From positions 138,074,001 to 138,138,000 of the forward strand of contig OZ024741.1 in assembly GCA_964016885.1 (NCBI GenBank): 64,000 nucleotides of DNA, in the 5' to 3' direction. This stretch comes from Eledone cirrhosa. Its lineage: Eukaryota. Position numbers and translations under genes: made by a program. The notes below the pieces were generated by a model. That model searched no databases, had not been told where the DNA came from, and saw only the letters and a list, made by a program, of their open reading frames with translations. Below are positions 37,495 to 52,304 of this stretch, piece after piece. Position 1 is the first letter of the stretch, and each line of letters begins with the position of its first letter.

Positions 37495-40400
37495 CCCCAA
37501 AATTACTTTTATCAACACCAACTCCAAAACCACCACAACAACAACAACACACAAAACAAGCAAACACACAAAAACAAACAACTGTTCAACCACAAACAAC
37601 AGCAAAAACACAAACAATTCCCCTGAAAAATACAGTCCCACCCCATCCCACGCCATCCAACTCTACCACAATCACACACACAAACACACCATCACCACAC
37701 AACATACCCCTCCCACACGCCCCTGATGACGATTCATCACCAGACGAGGCTACTTCTCCATCCCCAGGTGAAGATGAAGGGTGAAGATGAAGGAGAGCCT
37801 CGTAAATCAAAAAAACAAAAAAAGACACACCACAAAGCCTTGAAAACAACAATCACCAACACAAACACACAACCACCAACACAAATAACAACATCAACAC
37901 CACCCCAAACACAAATGCCAACCATAAAAAGAAAACTACAAAATGAACAACAACCCAAAACAAAACAACAGAATAACAAACAACAATACACATACATTAA
38001 CACAAACAACAAAAACCTAATGGAGTTCATCTCCCAAGACCCCAAAGTAGAAACTGAGGGGAAACTTTTGTAAAAGAAAACTCAACCACACCTAAAACTA
38101 ATAAGGGTTTCGATAGAGCCCTATCACACATTGAAAGAAAGGTTTTCACAGGACGTTGGCAACCCCTGCCAAAAACCAATAAACCGTGTCTTGTTGAAAT
38201 GTTTCCCCAACCTCACTCAATACCCCCACCAGAACTGAAATGGAGATTGAACAACCCGATCTCCAGGAAACCAAAAGGTAAGTTCACCTTTTCGTCCTTT
38301 TTGCCAACTCTTCTCCACCAACATGGCTAACATACGAGTTGGAAGCGTGAATGTGCGTGACCTAGGGATGCCCTGGAAACAGGGCCAACTTTTAAACGAC
38401 CTTAGGTCACACGGTATAGATGTAATAGCCATCACCGAGTCCAGGATCCACAACAGGCAACAACTAACCCCCATCTTCAATGACTTTGAGAGCTACGCAT
38501 CTCTCTGTCAGCCGGGAGGGGGAAGGGGAGTGACTATCATGTTTCGGAAAAACCTGGATCGCGGAGTACAGCAAGTACACTTGAACCCGGAGCGTAGACT
38601 GGTGGTCCTAGACGTGAACAGTATTGAAGGTGGAGCCTTCATACTGGTGGCCGTTTATGACCCGACCGGGCAATCACAATCGCGGCCAGACTCCTTTAAG
38701 CGTCTGGAGTCTTTTCTGGGAACGTCTTGCTCCTTGGTTTTAGTGGGAGACTGGAATGGTATCCTAGATGCACGATGGGACTATGTGGGAGCATGTCCCA
38801 GTAGAGCGGGGTGCAACAGCCTCAAAAATCTAATCGGCCAATTCCGTCTGGCCGATAAATATCGATTAGATTTCCCAACTGCACCACAGTGGACGTGGGA
38901 AAACCGCAGCATGACATCTAGATTGTATCTAGATAGGTTTTTCATTAGAGAAAAGGACAATAGCACATGGTTGCTTATTCAGATCACAAACTAGTCGTCT
39001 GCATAGTCAAGCGTGATAGAATATATAGACAAGGACCCGGATACTGGAAGCTGAACGTTTTGTTGCCGGCACGAAAAGCATACAGTGAACGGATAAGTAG
39101 ATTAGTTAGGCAAGAGTTGACGGGAGCCATCGTAAACAATAGATGGTGGTACTCTCTCAAGAGAGCAATTAAAGTAGAATCGATAGGGTTTAGCAGAGAA
39201 TTAGCTTTAGAGAAAAACAAATCAGAAACAGAACTAGTAGCCAAAGTAGAAGAGGCGCTTAGGTGTGGCAACGCAGCTAGAGTGCTAGCATCGAGAAGCG
39301 CACTGGACCAGTTCTTCGACGCGAAACACGAAGGCTGCGTGGTCAGAAGTAAATCCCGTGCTCTCGGAAACGAGGGAGCAAAAGCTGTTAGCTGTAAGGC
39401 ATTCGATAGGGTCGACCATCGATACTTGGAAGCGGTTCTGAAGGTGGCCGGTTTCGGTCCCGTTTTCAGAGGCTGGATCAAGGCGATGAACACCAGCATC
39501 TGCTCGAAGGTCAAGGTGAACGGCTACCTATCGGAGCCGTTCGCAATCACGCGTTCCATTCGACAGGGATGCCCTCTCTCCTCCATTCTGTACGTATTGA
39601 CTCTAGAGCCACTACTGCGGAAGTTGGAGCTTTTGCAGGGCATCCCTGTAGAACCGGGACTGCGAAAAGCGGCGTCAGCTTATGCCGACGATGTGAGTGT
39701 AATGGTGTCGAAAACCTCGGAAATCTAGGTTATCGGCAACCTACTACAGGAATACGAAAGGTTCACAGGAGAAAAACTTTACCCGGACAAGTCTGTCGGT
39801 TTGCAACTCGGAACGTAGAGAGACCAACCCATGCCGTCCGACAGCGGCGTCGCACGCTGGAGGGAAGGACCGTTAAAATTCCCCGGGGTCTGGTTCGGTC
39901 CAAACCTCCAGGTGGAGAAAAACTGAAACGGGGTCATGGCCAAGGTATTTGCACTCACCCAGAAGTGGGCAGAGTGCAAACTGTCTTTGAAAGATCGAGC
40001 GGTGGTGGCGAACACTTTCATAGCATCCGTCATCTACTAGCGCTTGACTGTCGTGCCTTGTTTCCGTGAATACCCCACCAAGATGGAAGTATCCTCTTCC
40101 AGTTCCCGTGGAAGAAGCAGGCTCTACTGGTGAGGAGATCCGTCTGCTGTCTACAACTTTCCAACGGAGGGCTGGGCATGCCGTGGCTAATGATGCGCAA
40201 ACATGCGCTGAGGCTACGGCATCTTCAGGTATTCCTCACCGACCAGCCGGTGTGGGCACCGCTTGTGAGGCCTTCCCACAACTTGTCTCGCTGACGGAGC
40301 TGCAGTCCTGGGTCAAGCGAAGACCGAAGAAGATGGGCGCCTGGCAAATTGAATGCGCCCAGGCGCTCATAGTCCTCTGTCAAGTGGGCACAGCAATCAG

Positions 40401-41303
40401 TGGAGACTCCACTTCGACATTCTATAGAGGGTTAGTACTTTACAAGGGTGACGACGTGCTCGTGGAGACGCTAGCCGTCGAAGACGACGGGCTCACCAGT
40501 CAGTTCGGTAGGACTTTCCGCCCGGGACGTATGGACAACTTCCTGGCAGTGCTACCGAGGAGCTCTACCCGTTCGAGATAAGATCTACAGACACGGACGC
40601 CCCGACAGGGATCCTTCCAAGAGGACGTGTCCAAGATGGGAGCAGGACAGTGAAACCGTCTTGCACGCAATTGTACACTGCCCGGGCGTAAGCGACCTAT
40701 GGAACTATGCAGAACAACTGCTGTCGCGTATGGGAGCATCTAGTTCACTGCCGAGTCCATAGTAAGGATCAAACCGCCAGCCTCTTTCAAAAACGAAAGA
40801 GAGGCGGTTTTCCTCTGTACAGTGGCTATGGTGAAAGAGCTTATAAGGTGGACGAGATTGAGAGGACCGAGGACAGATGCCTTTCTCTCCGGACAACAAT
40901 TGATTCCCTTCTTTAAGTATCACTTTAGAAGGAGAATCAGAGTGGAGAGAGAGGCACTGCACCCCAGTAAATTTACTGAAAGATGGGTGAATGAAACGAA
41001 AATGGCCCGAGTGATTGGGCCTTCTCTGTTTATAAGCCTGTAGGTTAAGGAGAGAGCAAAAGGAAGGAGGGACCACTTGCACAATACGCTCCTGAAGTTG
41101 AGGGTTGTTCTATCGACGGGGTATTAAACAACCCATTTGTGGCGTCTCCCCCCTATTGGGGAATTCGATTGTTATAATTGTTTGTTTGTTTTATATTTTT
41201 TTTACGCGACTGTATGTAAAATCCCCGGCATGTGTCTTTGTATTGTCCCCTTTTCTTGTGCGCCCTTGTGGCAAATAAAGAAATCTATCTATCTATCTAT
41301 CTA
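37495..41303 (+). mobile_element. Tx1-like LINE, copy 2: 5'-truncated, APE endonuclease present, internal RT deletion at ~39390, (TCTA)n on both sides
   Basis: VGSVNVRDL, IAITESR, VGDWNGIL, LYLDRFF, SDHKLV, GPGYWKLN; jump GNEGAKAVS|CKAFDRVDH; SAYADDV; many stops; tail gcaaataaagaaa(TCTA)n. Confidence 0.88.
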
Positions 41304-41304
41304 T

Positions 41305-44300
41305 TAATCTAGTTGTCGTCTGTTCGATAGCGTAGACGTAATTCACTTCGCGCAGAAGTTTTGTTTGTTCCAATTTATTGCGGAAATTTTGTAAGTTTAA
41401 TTTTAATTTTGATAATATTGTGTAGCTTGACCCCCCGTCTGAACTGTCAGGCGGTAGGTCAGCTCATTTTCGCTCCTCCCAGGGGTGAAAAACCTGTTTT
41501 TAAAAAATGTTGTTGCATAAAATTTCAATCGTCTGGGAGAAATGTTAAATGAAGCTAACAAAAATAGTGGTGGGGGGACAGCGGTAAGAGTTGTAAGCTC
41601 GCACGCTTTAGTCCCCCCCCCTTCCTTCCCAACTAACGTCATAGAGAAGGAAAGAAAAAATAAAATAAAAACAGACGAATATGCGGAGAAAAATGTCGAC
41701 GAAAACACAAATCTGGAGATTGATTCCAACAACAAAAAAAAATTTGAAAGAATTGCTTGACAATATTAATGCCACAAACAAAGAAACAACAAACACAAAA
41801 ATAACATTTGAAAACAACAACATCATAACAGAAAGCAAAACAGACGACAAAGTCAACACCAATAACATCTCATTTGCACAAACAACAAAAAAATCTTTAA
41901 TGTACATACCTGAAAATATTTCAGATGTGGCACAAAGAATAAAAAAACGCCAAACAATTCATAACTCAAGGGGAAAATGGAGCCTTGTCGGTAAAAATGC
42001 CCCAAGAACTCACCAAAGATATTGAAAGTCGGACGGTCGTTTTCCGCACCATCAACAACATCTCAAAAAAGCCACAACAACCAACACAAGTAAAAATTAA
42101 AGCGGTACTTAGAGAAGTATTTAATGAAGCCACTTTCATAAGAAGAGACAGGCTGTATGGAAGCCTGGCCATTATTATGAAGAACGAATCGGCGGCAAAA
42201 AAATATACTTTGTCACCGATTCGGTCGACAAATTTTACCTTTTATCCATCTTATATGGGTAAAAGAACTCAGCGCATATGGCTGGATGCGATGATACCAG
42301 ATATGGACTACTGCTGGCTCATAGCTGGCTTCATCGATCCAGCGAATGACAACGTGATTTCCATTGAGAAAACCACAGGCAATGCGTTCAGTGGAACAGG
42401 TATAGAACTTGTAGTGCAAATGAAGCCTGAACGCATTGCCCAAATACCCGACAGAATCCTATTAGAGGGCCACGAGTATATAAACATTAGCGTGGAGGGG
42501 AGAAGGCCGTCCTGTCATATATGTGCAGGCAGAGGGCACCTGAAGGCGACTTGTCCCCAACTCAACAAGAAGAAAACCCTGCTAACAACACCAGCTCCAC
42601 CACCACCACAACAGATAAACAAACAACAAAACTCAGTCCCACCCAACCCGTCCCTCAGTAAAACTACACCACGACCACAGCAGAAACAGACACAACACAT
42701 TACCCAAATACAAAACACAGTCCCACCCAACCCCTCACTCAATAAAACAACAAGACCACCGCAGCCACAACACACAACACAGTCTAACATAGGGACATCC
42801 ATCTCCCCCACAAAGAAAACTAACACGGAAACACTACCAGCAACCATACCTCTTCCCGCCAACACTAAAGATGACCCAACGAATTCGGAGGAAGAAACGG
42901 AGTCCTTCAGACAGATTAAAAGGAAAAAAAAGAAAACATGTGCAAAACACACAAGGCCAAACAGCCCCTACCCAAATTTCAACACAATCCAACAAAACAC
43001 AAAACACCCCTCCAGGAACAAACAAAATCAAATCTGCCTCTACCCTCTTCGAAACACTCACACCATCCGAAAAAAAGACATTACACTATACTTACATCAA
43101 CAGAAACAATAATAAACTAAATGAACTCATAAACAATAACCCTTCGGTACAAACCGAAGGGGTAAACTTTGTTTTTTCAGAAAACAACCCACAATTAAAA
43201 TTAATAAAGGTCCCAATGAACCTCTACCAAAAACTAAAAAGGATTTTAAGGAGGACGTAGGACCACCCTCTGTCAAACCCATAAACCGCGTCCTCCTAAA
43301 AAGCTTTCCCCCTCCCCTTCCCCTCCCCAACACAACTCCAAACACCCCAACCCCACCACACACTAAGGACCCCACACCACCACAAGACACCCCTTCACCC
43401 AACACCTCCGACCCCATGGAAGTCGTGCGACCCGAACCCCGGGAAGCAGAAAGCTTTGCCTTTGGCTTTGCCGCCCACATGGATGTGTTAAGAGTAGGAA
43501 GTTTGAAGGCACGTGGCCTGGGCTCAACTTGGAAGCAAGCAAAGCTTCTAAATGACCTCAGGTCACGTGTTATAAATGTAATGGTTATCTGTGACACTCG
43601 GATCAGCGTCGTGCGGCAGCAGGCCCCTACCTTCGATGACTTTGGGTGTGCACGCATCTCTCTATCAACCTGGAGGTGGGGGTGGGGTTGTCGTACTGCT
43701 GGAAAAACAATTAGGTCTCGCCGTACAGGTTGTTCACTTGGACCCGGAAGGTCGTTTGTTGGTGCTAGACGTTGGCAGTAGTGGAGGTGCGGCCTTGAGA
43801 CTGGTCGCCGTCTACTCCCCTTTCGGAGCTGAACGACCCGACTTCTTCCAGCGTCTGGAGACTTTTCTGGGAACGTCGCGTTCCCTGCTTCTAGCGGGGG
43901 ACTGGGATAACATCCTAGATGCACGTTGGGACTATGCAGGAGCATGTCCTAATAGAGGCGGGTGTAACAGCCTTAAGGGGTTACTCGACCGTTTTAACTT
44001 GGTCGATAGATATCCAACTGTGCCACCCTGGACTTGGACGAACCTTAGTGGTCAATCTAGATCGTAGTTAGATAGATTCTTAGTTAGAAGTAAGGATAGG
44101 GACATATTAAGCTGTCCAGAAATGCTCACGGTTGGCTATACAGATCACAAATTAGTGACCTGCGTAGTCAACCTCGAGAGAACACATAGACAGGGTCCCG
44201 GTTACTGGAAACTTAATTTGTCTTTACCGGCAAAAGAGGCTTACAGAGACCGGATTAGCAGATTAGTTAAGGAGAGGTTGACGGGTGCAATCGTCAACAA

Positions 44301-46947
44301 CCGATGGTGGGCATCTCTCAAAAGAGAGATTAAAACAGTATCAATAAGTTATAGCAAGATGTTAGCTGCCGATAGGAATAGGAACGAGAGAGAATTAACA
44401 GGTAAATTAGAAGAGGCAATCAAGAGCGAAGATGTAGCTAGAGTGTTGGCATCGAGGACGGCCTTGAGCCAGTTTTTCGATGCAAAGCACGAAGGCTGCG
44501 TCATTCGAAGTAAAATACGTGCTCTAGGTAATGAGGGGGCCAAAGCCGTTGGCTGGGACCGCGTGACAGAAGCTAAGAGTGGAAATCGATCCACCATCCG
44601 GTCTTTGCAAGATGGGGATGGACGAGTGATCCGGGAGCCTAAGCAGATGTGCGAGGCCTTTTAAAGGCACTTTGCCCGATTGTTCGGGGGAGGCGAGGGT
44701 CCGGGCGGGGACGTGGATTTTGGTCCATACCTCGACTGCCTGCGGCGTCTCTCGAGCGAAGAGGCCGAGTCCTGCGAGGGACCAATCTCGGCTGATGAGA
44801 TCGGGGATGCGCTAAGCCAATGCAGCAGACGCAAATCTCCGGGTCTCGATGGTATACCTTACGTACTTTATTTAGCAATGCCGGTCTTCTTCTCCGAACT
44901 CCTCGAAGCAGTCTACTGCAATTGGCAGCAGAACGGCAGAATTCCTTGTGCTGTAGCCAAGGGCGTAGTCTTGCTGGTGAGGAAGGACGAGAAAAAGGGG
45001 GATAGTATAAATAATTTTCGGCCCATAACCCTGCTAAACACAGAGTTAAAGATTTTGGCCAAGGTGTTAGCAAAGAGGTTGGCGCTTGTCTTGGGTAGCC
45101 TGGTGGGAGATGCGCAGACATGTGCTATCCCATCCAGGTCCATTCACAACAACCTCCACCTCATGCGATACATCATAGAGAGGGTTGGCAACAAACTCGG
45201 CTTCGGTGGGGCCCTGATCAACTTGGATCAGTCTAAGGCGTTCGATAGGGTCGACTATGGTTACCTGGATGCGGTGCTAGCGGAGGTTGGGTTCGGTCCT
45301 GTTTTCAGAGGCTGGATCACTGCCCTACATAGCAACCACATCTGTTCTAGGATCAAGGTGAACGGCTACGTTTCGAAGCCGTTCGAAATCATACGATCCA
45401 TTCGACCGGGGTGCCCTCTGTCCTCCCTTCTGTACGTATTGACTCTCGAGCCTTTACTGAGGAAGTTGGAGTTGTTGCAGGGTATCCCCCTGGAACCAGG
45501 ATTCAGCAAAGCGGTGTCGGCCTACGCCGATGACGTAACAGTAATGGTATCGACCGACTCGGAGATCGAGGCGATCGGTACCTCACTGGAGGAATACGAA
45601 AGGTTGTCAGGAGCGAAACTGAACCGGGAAAAATCCATCGGGCTGCAACTCGGAACGTGGAGAGGCAGACCGATGCCTCCCGACGGTGTCGTCGGACACT
45701 GGACGGAGGGCCCGGTGAAGTTGCTTGGGGTCTGGTTTGGACCGGACCTCCAGGTGGAAAAGAACTGGGGCGAGGTTACGAGCAAGGTGTTTGCACTGAC
45801 CCAGAAATGGGCCAAGTGTAAGCTGTCCCTGAAAGGTCGGGCGGAGGTGGCGAACATTTACATAGCGTCCGGCACCTATTACCACCTGACTGTCGTGCCG
45901 TGCCCTAAGGAAACACTCACCACCATGGAACGCATGCTCTTTCAATTTCTTTGGAAGAAGCGCCCTCCTATGGTGAGAAGATCCATCTGCTGCCAACAAC
46001 CTTCGAAAGGAGGGCTGGGGATGCCGTGGTTGATGATGCGTAGGAACGCATTAAGGCTACGGCACCTACAGGTATTCCTCACTGGTCAACCGGTGTGAGC
46101 TCCGTTCGTTAGACGAGCCTTTCCGAGACTCGTCTCGCTCACCGAGCTGCAGTCCTGGGTCAAGCAAAGATCCGTAAAACTGGGCGACTGGCACACTGAG
46201 TGTGCCCAGGCGCTCAGGGCACTCTGGCAAGCGGACCCGGCCATCGGTGGAGAATCCACCTCGTTATTCTATAGAGGGCTGGTGGCTAGCAGGGGTGATG
46301 ACACCCTTGGAGAGTGGCTGGACATGGAAGAGGACGAACTGGCCAGCCTGTTCGGTAGGACTTTCGGCCCGGGACCAATGGACAACTTCCAGAAGTCACT
46401 GTCCTGGCAGTGCCAGCAGGGGGCTCTACCCGTTCGAGAAAATCTCTACAGACACGGGCGCCCGGGCAGGGATCCCTCGAAAAAGATTTGCCCTAGATGC
46501 GTGCGTCACGAAGAAACCGTTGCGCACGCATTGGTGCCCTGTCCGGGCGTGTCTGATCTGTGGGGCCATGCCGAACGACTGCTGTCGCGGGTGGGGCCGA
46601 TTCGATTGACCGCCGAGTCCGTGATAACAATCAAGCCGCCTCCCCTCTTCACAAAGGAAGCAAAGGCGGTTTTTCTGTGCGTAATAGCCATGTGGAAAGA
46701 GGTTGTTTGGTGGACACGATTGAAAGGTCTGAGGTGAGGCAACTTCCTCTCTGGCCATAGTCTGGTCTACTTCTTCCGATATCCCTTCGGAAGAAGGATA
46801 AGAATGGAGAGAGAGGTGCTTGGCTACAGGCAGTTTTATGAAAGGTGGGTGATAGTGGCGAGAATGGCTCGTGTAAATGGGCCTTCTCTGTATACCATCC
46901 TGTAAGTAAAGAAGTGAAAGAGAGGGGGGCACCTTCTCCATGTGCAC
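41305..46947 (+). mobile_element. Tx1-like LINE, copy 3: near full-length (5' UTR, ORF1 ~41542-43260, ORF2 ~43479-46905), disrupted, 3' UTR cut off
   Basis: ORF1 knuckle CHICAGRGHLKATC; ORF2 APE (AGDWDNIL, YTDHKLV), RT (NFRPITLLN, LDQSKAFDRVD, AYADDV) and CPRC...ETVAHALVPC; several stops and frameshifts. Confidence 0.9.
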
Positions 46948-47285
46948 CTTCAGTGATTTAACCATGTATTATCACAAAAAAAACATTCTAAAATTATTGA
47001 TACAGGATTAAAAGTTATTACAAAATTATTACAAAATTACCACAAAATCATTACAAAATTATCAAATCATCACAAAATTACCACAAAATCATTACAAAAT
47101 TATCAAATTATCATAAATTATCAAATTTATCAAATTATCATGATTTTGTGGTAATTTTGTGATGATTTGATAATTTTGTAATGATTTTGTGGTAATTTTG
47201 TAATAATTTTGTAATCATTTTTAATCCTGTATCAATAATTTTAGAATGTTTTTTTTTGTGATAATACATGGTTAGATCACTGAAG
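46948..47285. repeat. Fold-back inverted repeat (~145-bp arms) built partly from short caaaatta-type repeats
   Basis: cttcagtgatttaaccatgtattatcacaaaa... pairs with ...ttttgtgataatacatggttagatcactgaag. Confidence 0.85.
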
Positions 47286-48163
47286 CTACCTTATACCTTC
47301 TTAAAGATACATTTTATAATTATTGTCTTTTTGCTTATGTATTTTCTTAGTTACCACTTTCTTTAATCTTGCCCAACTTGATAAACTCCTTGAATTGCTC
47401 CCTAATTAAATTACTTAAATTGCTTAGATTATTGTATCTATTATGCCTAAGTTGTATCTGTTGAAGCAGCCCTTTGAAAATTCCTCGGATATCCCTAATA
47501 CCGTAATTTTTAATTTTTAACTTTTAATGTATAATTTTCCTCAATTCGTTTTTATATTTATCCTTAAAGGCTCTCTAAAATTTTAATTCTTCGAAGGGTC
47601 TCTCGGAAGAAGTTCCTATTGGAAATATTAAAGGGGCCTTTTCTGAGAGATTTATGGAAGGCTCTCTGAATTAACCTCTAATTGATTAGTTTCTTTCAAC
47701 CTAGTTTTCAATTCAGTTTTCTGAATTTTGTAAACGTGATCTCGGGGAAGAAGGTTTTTTTCTTTCTGAAAAAATTTTTTTCTCTAGAAGAAATTTCATA
47801 GGAACTTTATATATTTTTTAGGGAAACTTTATATTTTTATTTTCTTATTTTATTAGCCTCTTAATTTTCTTCTAGTCTAATAGGTTTATTGGAGCCTGTA
47901 AGCTTTATGCACTCATTGAGGGATTTTCTAAGGTGCTTCTACGGGACCCCAAGTCTTTTAGTTTAATGTTGATGCGTAAATTATATATTTTTGTCTAATT
48001 TTTAAACTTCAATCCCTGACCCCGACAACTAATATAAAAGAGCCCCCCTTAGAATATTGACCCCAACTATATAAGCGGAGTTGCTGATGTATACAACAAT
48101 TTCAAACTGCTAGCCTTGAGTGATACGTTGATGTAAACAATGATCTTGCAATCACGTGTTATA

Positions 48164-48210
48164 TGCCTTGATAAGTCCCACTATGGGGTCGGACGAAACG
48201 GCTGTCGGCA
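48164..48210 (+). ncRNA. Minimal type-I hammerhead ribozyme, U3-A8 covariant, GUC site
   Basis: UGCC UUGAUAA GUCC cacuaugggguc GGAC GAA AC ggcu GU C GGCA, followed by AATAAA and then (TA)n. Confidence 0.72.
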
Positions 48211-48276
48211 ATAAACTTGTTATAATGTCATAATAGTTCCTTTGTTTTTTTTCACTAATATATATATGTATGTATA

Positions 48277-48426
<150 letters not shown>

Positions 48427-48441
48427 TATATATATACATAT

Positions 48442-48495
<54 letters not shown>

Positions 48496-48512
48496 GTATA
48501 TATATACATATG

Positions 48513-48588
<76 letters not shown>

Positions 48589-48592
48589 TATG

Positions 48593-48670
<78 letters not shown>

Positions 48671-49445
48671 CATATTTTGTACTTGCTAAACGGAGGTAGA
48701 TTTTCTTAGGCCAAAAGTTTTGAGTTTTCAATTTTATAAGATATGTTTAAATAAGTATTTGAAAATTCTACTCTCTTTCCATTAACATCACGCTATTTTC
48801 TGATTTAGAAACATACCTTTCTGGTAAAACTAGCCCAAAGTAGCTAAAGCAATTATGACAACAGAGAACGTTTCATTTTTATATAGATACCTAAATTAAA
48901 TGAATATAAATATACATCGAATCAATATTTACAACCTCTGTCTCATTTTCCCCCAAACTCCCTGGAGAATAATGTTTTAATACATATTAAACTTTAGTAT
49001 TTGCAATAGATTGAAGAAATATCAAACAAACTTCAAAGTAGTTAGATTTCCCAATATTGAGTTACTAGCCTATCTCTCAATTACTGTCCATACAGATATT
49101 TTGTATTTATTTTGAGTTTCTTTGTTTGCTTTTTTTCTTTGGTTTTTAAATCTAAACTACGCAAAATTGTTTAAAGAAAGTTAATATATATCCTGTTGGC
49201 AATAAATTTGAATAATTCAACATTACTTTGTAATTTGATCTTTCTAAATATATTCATGTACAGCCGTCTATTATCTAGTTATCTAGGATTTTGTGTATAT
49301 TAACATGAATTTATATACGTGTATGTGCTACAATGTAAATATGTATTCGTCAAAATTATTACGTCCACTTTTCCAGTAGATACTATATAGGTACATAGTT
49401 ATCTGAAAATACTACGAAGTACGTGTATATATATATATATATATA

Positions 49446-49510
49446 TATGGTCCATCTGTTTCTTTACCACATTTCCTTCGTTATATTTATATATATATAT
49501 ATATACACAC

Positions 49511-49581
<71 letters not shown>

Positions 49582-49839
49582 TATATATATATATATTTAT
49601 ATATATATGTGTGTATAAATATATATATATATATATAAATATAACGAAGGAAATGTGGTAAAGAAACAGATGGACCATACCGCACCAGAGTACTCAATAC
49701 TTAGGGCAGTAGAGTGGGTAATAGGAAAAAGTATGAGCCCGACAGCAGAGATGAAGCCGTTTCGACGGCTATTTCAGTCCAGAAATAGCCGTCGTTACGG
49801 CTTGAGCTCTGCCGTCGGGGTCAAACTTTTCCCAATATA
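49446..49839. repeat. Two adjacent fold-backs: ~45-bp inverted repeats around a (TA)n tract (49446-49680) and a ~120-bp hairpin (49721-49839); one arm of the latter recurs at 11097-11150
   Basis: atggtccatctgtttctttaccacatttccttcg pairs with cgaaggaaatgtggtaaagaaacagatggaccat; gacggctatttc pairs with gaaatagccgtc. Confidence 0.75.
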
Positions 49840-50031
49840 AATGTATATATATATAAATATATATATATATAAATATAGTTATATATATAATGCATATATA
49901 TATAGACATTTATATATATAATGTATATAAATATATATATATATAACTTTGATAGGCTTCGGCCAGTATTGGGCATGGCCATGCCTAACTTAATAGCACC
50001 ACCTGGCTAAATAAAAACTGAAAAATGTTGC

Positions 50032-50073
<42 letters not shown>

Positions 50074-51957
50074 TTATTTCTAACGTAGAAACATTCATAT
50101 ATGTATATTTTATAGAATATGAATTAAAATGTTCTATTTTATTACAGTCCTAACCTCATTATACAGAACAGGAGAGCATTTTGTTTTAACATGAAACAAA
50201 CTATACTTTTACCTCTAACGTTAAAGTACAGTACAACGTTAAAAACAATTTAGCTGGCATAAAAAACAGCCGTTTTGAATGTCTTGTAATATAGTTTATG
50301 GCGACTATTAAAGTAGATTATACTGCTATTAATATTCCTGTCCATTATATTTGAAGACAATGGAGACTCTACTTAAATGATTGAGATGAATCTCTTCAAT
50401 GCATCCAATTCTCTACGTGCTATAAATAATAATTTTTTCATACTTCATTTCATTAGACGCAGCTATTCTAGAGCATTGTCGTGATTTAGTTAACTCTAGT
50501 ACTTGATTTTTTCAAAGTCTGGTACTTACGGAATATAAACAATCACGACTCAAATGTATACACAAACACATATAACTACAGATATGTATTGAACGACATC
50601 TTAAATTTCCGTCTACAAAATATTCACGCACAATAGGTAGGGAAAACTGAGGTTATACTAGAATATACATGCTCAATGTGTCCTACATTGGAACAAAACC
50701 CCAAATCTCTTTCAAAACAGAGTAATGCCTGCGCCCATTGTGCTCTCAGACAAATTACGGAGTTCTTCCTATGCTGGAAATCAGTCTCGTCGATGTGTTC
50801 TCCAGTAGTTGGTCCAATAGTACAGCCCCTTTTGTGAAATTGTGTAAATAGTTGATTATCCAAAGCAACGTGTACATATAACATATTTTTAATGAAGTGA
50901 CTGAATGACACAGAGTGCGACACAGTACGTACTGAGAGTTACATAGATAGAATATATTATATTAGATCAATGCGCCTGAGATTTCTAAAGTGTGACAATA
51001 ACAAATTCTCACAGAGATACATTGTGGATCAATCTATGGAAAGTTTACCTCTTTGAATTACAGCTACAGATCATAAGGTGGGCTTTCAAACATTTTCCGT
51101 CTACCCAATTTCCCATTTCTCAAGTGAGAGGTATGGCACACAAACCTAAATATACACTCAAACCCACGAAGACACACAAATACACAAACCTAAACAAACA
51201 CACGCATGCACATGGCACGCTTCTGCATTTTTCACTTACTAAATTCTTCTCAGAAAACATTGGTCAACCCAAGACTATAAAGGAAGTATCATGTCCAATA
51301 TACATTGATCAACCCGAGACTAAAAAAGTAGTAACATATCCAATATACATACATGCAGTGTAACAGGCTACAGAATACTAGCTTTGATTTAAGGATTTAA
51401 TGAATTGAAAAATAAAGGTTCATGGAGTTTATCTGTCTTTATGTTCTGCAAGACACCCTTTACACGAAAAGGTAAACTATAGAATAAGAAACAAATTTGA
51501 AAATGAACTAAGGTCAGATAATTATGCTTCAGTCTCTCCAATAAACTCAAAAAGCATGCATCGACCCGAGACTATGGTAAAGGAAATTTGACAATAATAC
51601 CAGTCAAAGGAATCGAACTTCAGGTTTGATGAGTGTGAAAGAAAATAGGTAACGGTTCGGCCATATTTCGTTCATACTCTCGTATATACTAACGTCAACA
51701 AATTTAATGAAAAACTTGCTTCTCTTTTCACAAAACCTCTAGGATAAAGACGAAAACCGGAAAAAAGTATTGTCAAAGTTATACAATTTCCTCATTCAAT
51801 GATATAAAAGGTTAATGCAAACAACTTCATTTACATATCATATATATATATGTGTGCGAGTGTGTGTGCGTGTGTGTGTGTGTCTGTATGTGTGTGTGTA
51901 TGGGTGTGTGTGTGTGTGTGTGCGTGTATGTGTGTGTGTGTGCGCGTATGTGTGTGC

Positions 51958-51989
<32 letters not shown>

Positions 51990-52240
51990 AATGGTTCAAA
52001 GGTGATACATCTGACAAGGTGCGTGTAATCTCATTTGTATATTTTCTTTGTTGCGAGGAAAACAAAAAAGGAAACCTTACATATACATAGAAGAACACTT
52101 CACTTATATTAAATTATTTATAAACTCAGACGACCTTCTATTCCAAAACTTCACTATACATTTTATGAGAATAAAACTAAACGTAACATTTGATGAAATA
52201 GGTGAGATACATATACCTATACAATTATAAGTATAGTGTA

Positions 52241-52304
<64 letters not shown>

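Noticed and set aside
47010-47215. Regularly spaced short repeats resembling a CRISPR array
   Set aside because: Low-complexity caaaatta units without unique spacers, in a eukaryotic context with no cas genes.
50624-50923. 99-aa minus-strand ORF in unique DNA
   Set aside because: No recognisable motif and no convincing splice signals.
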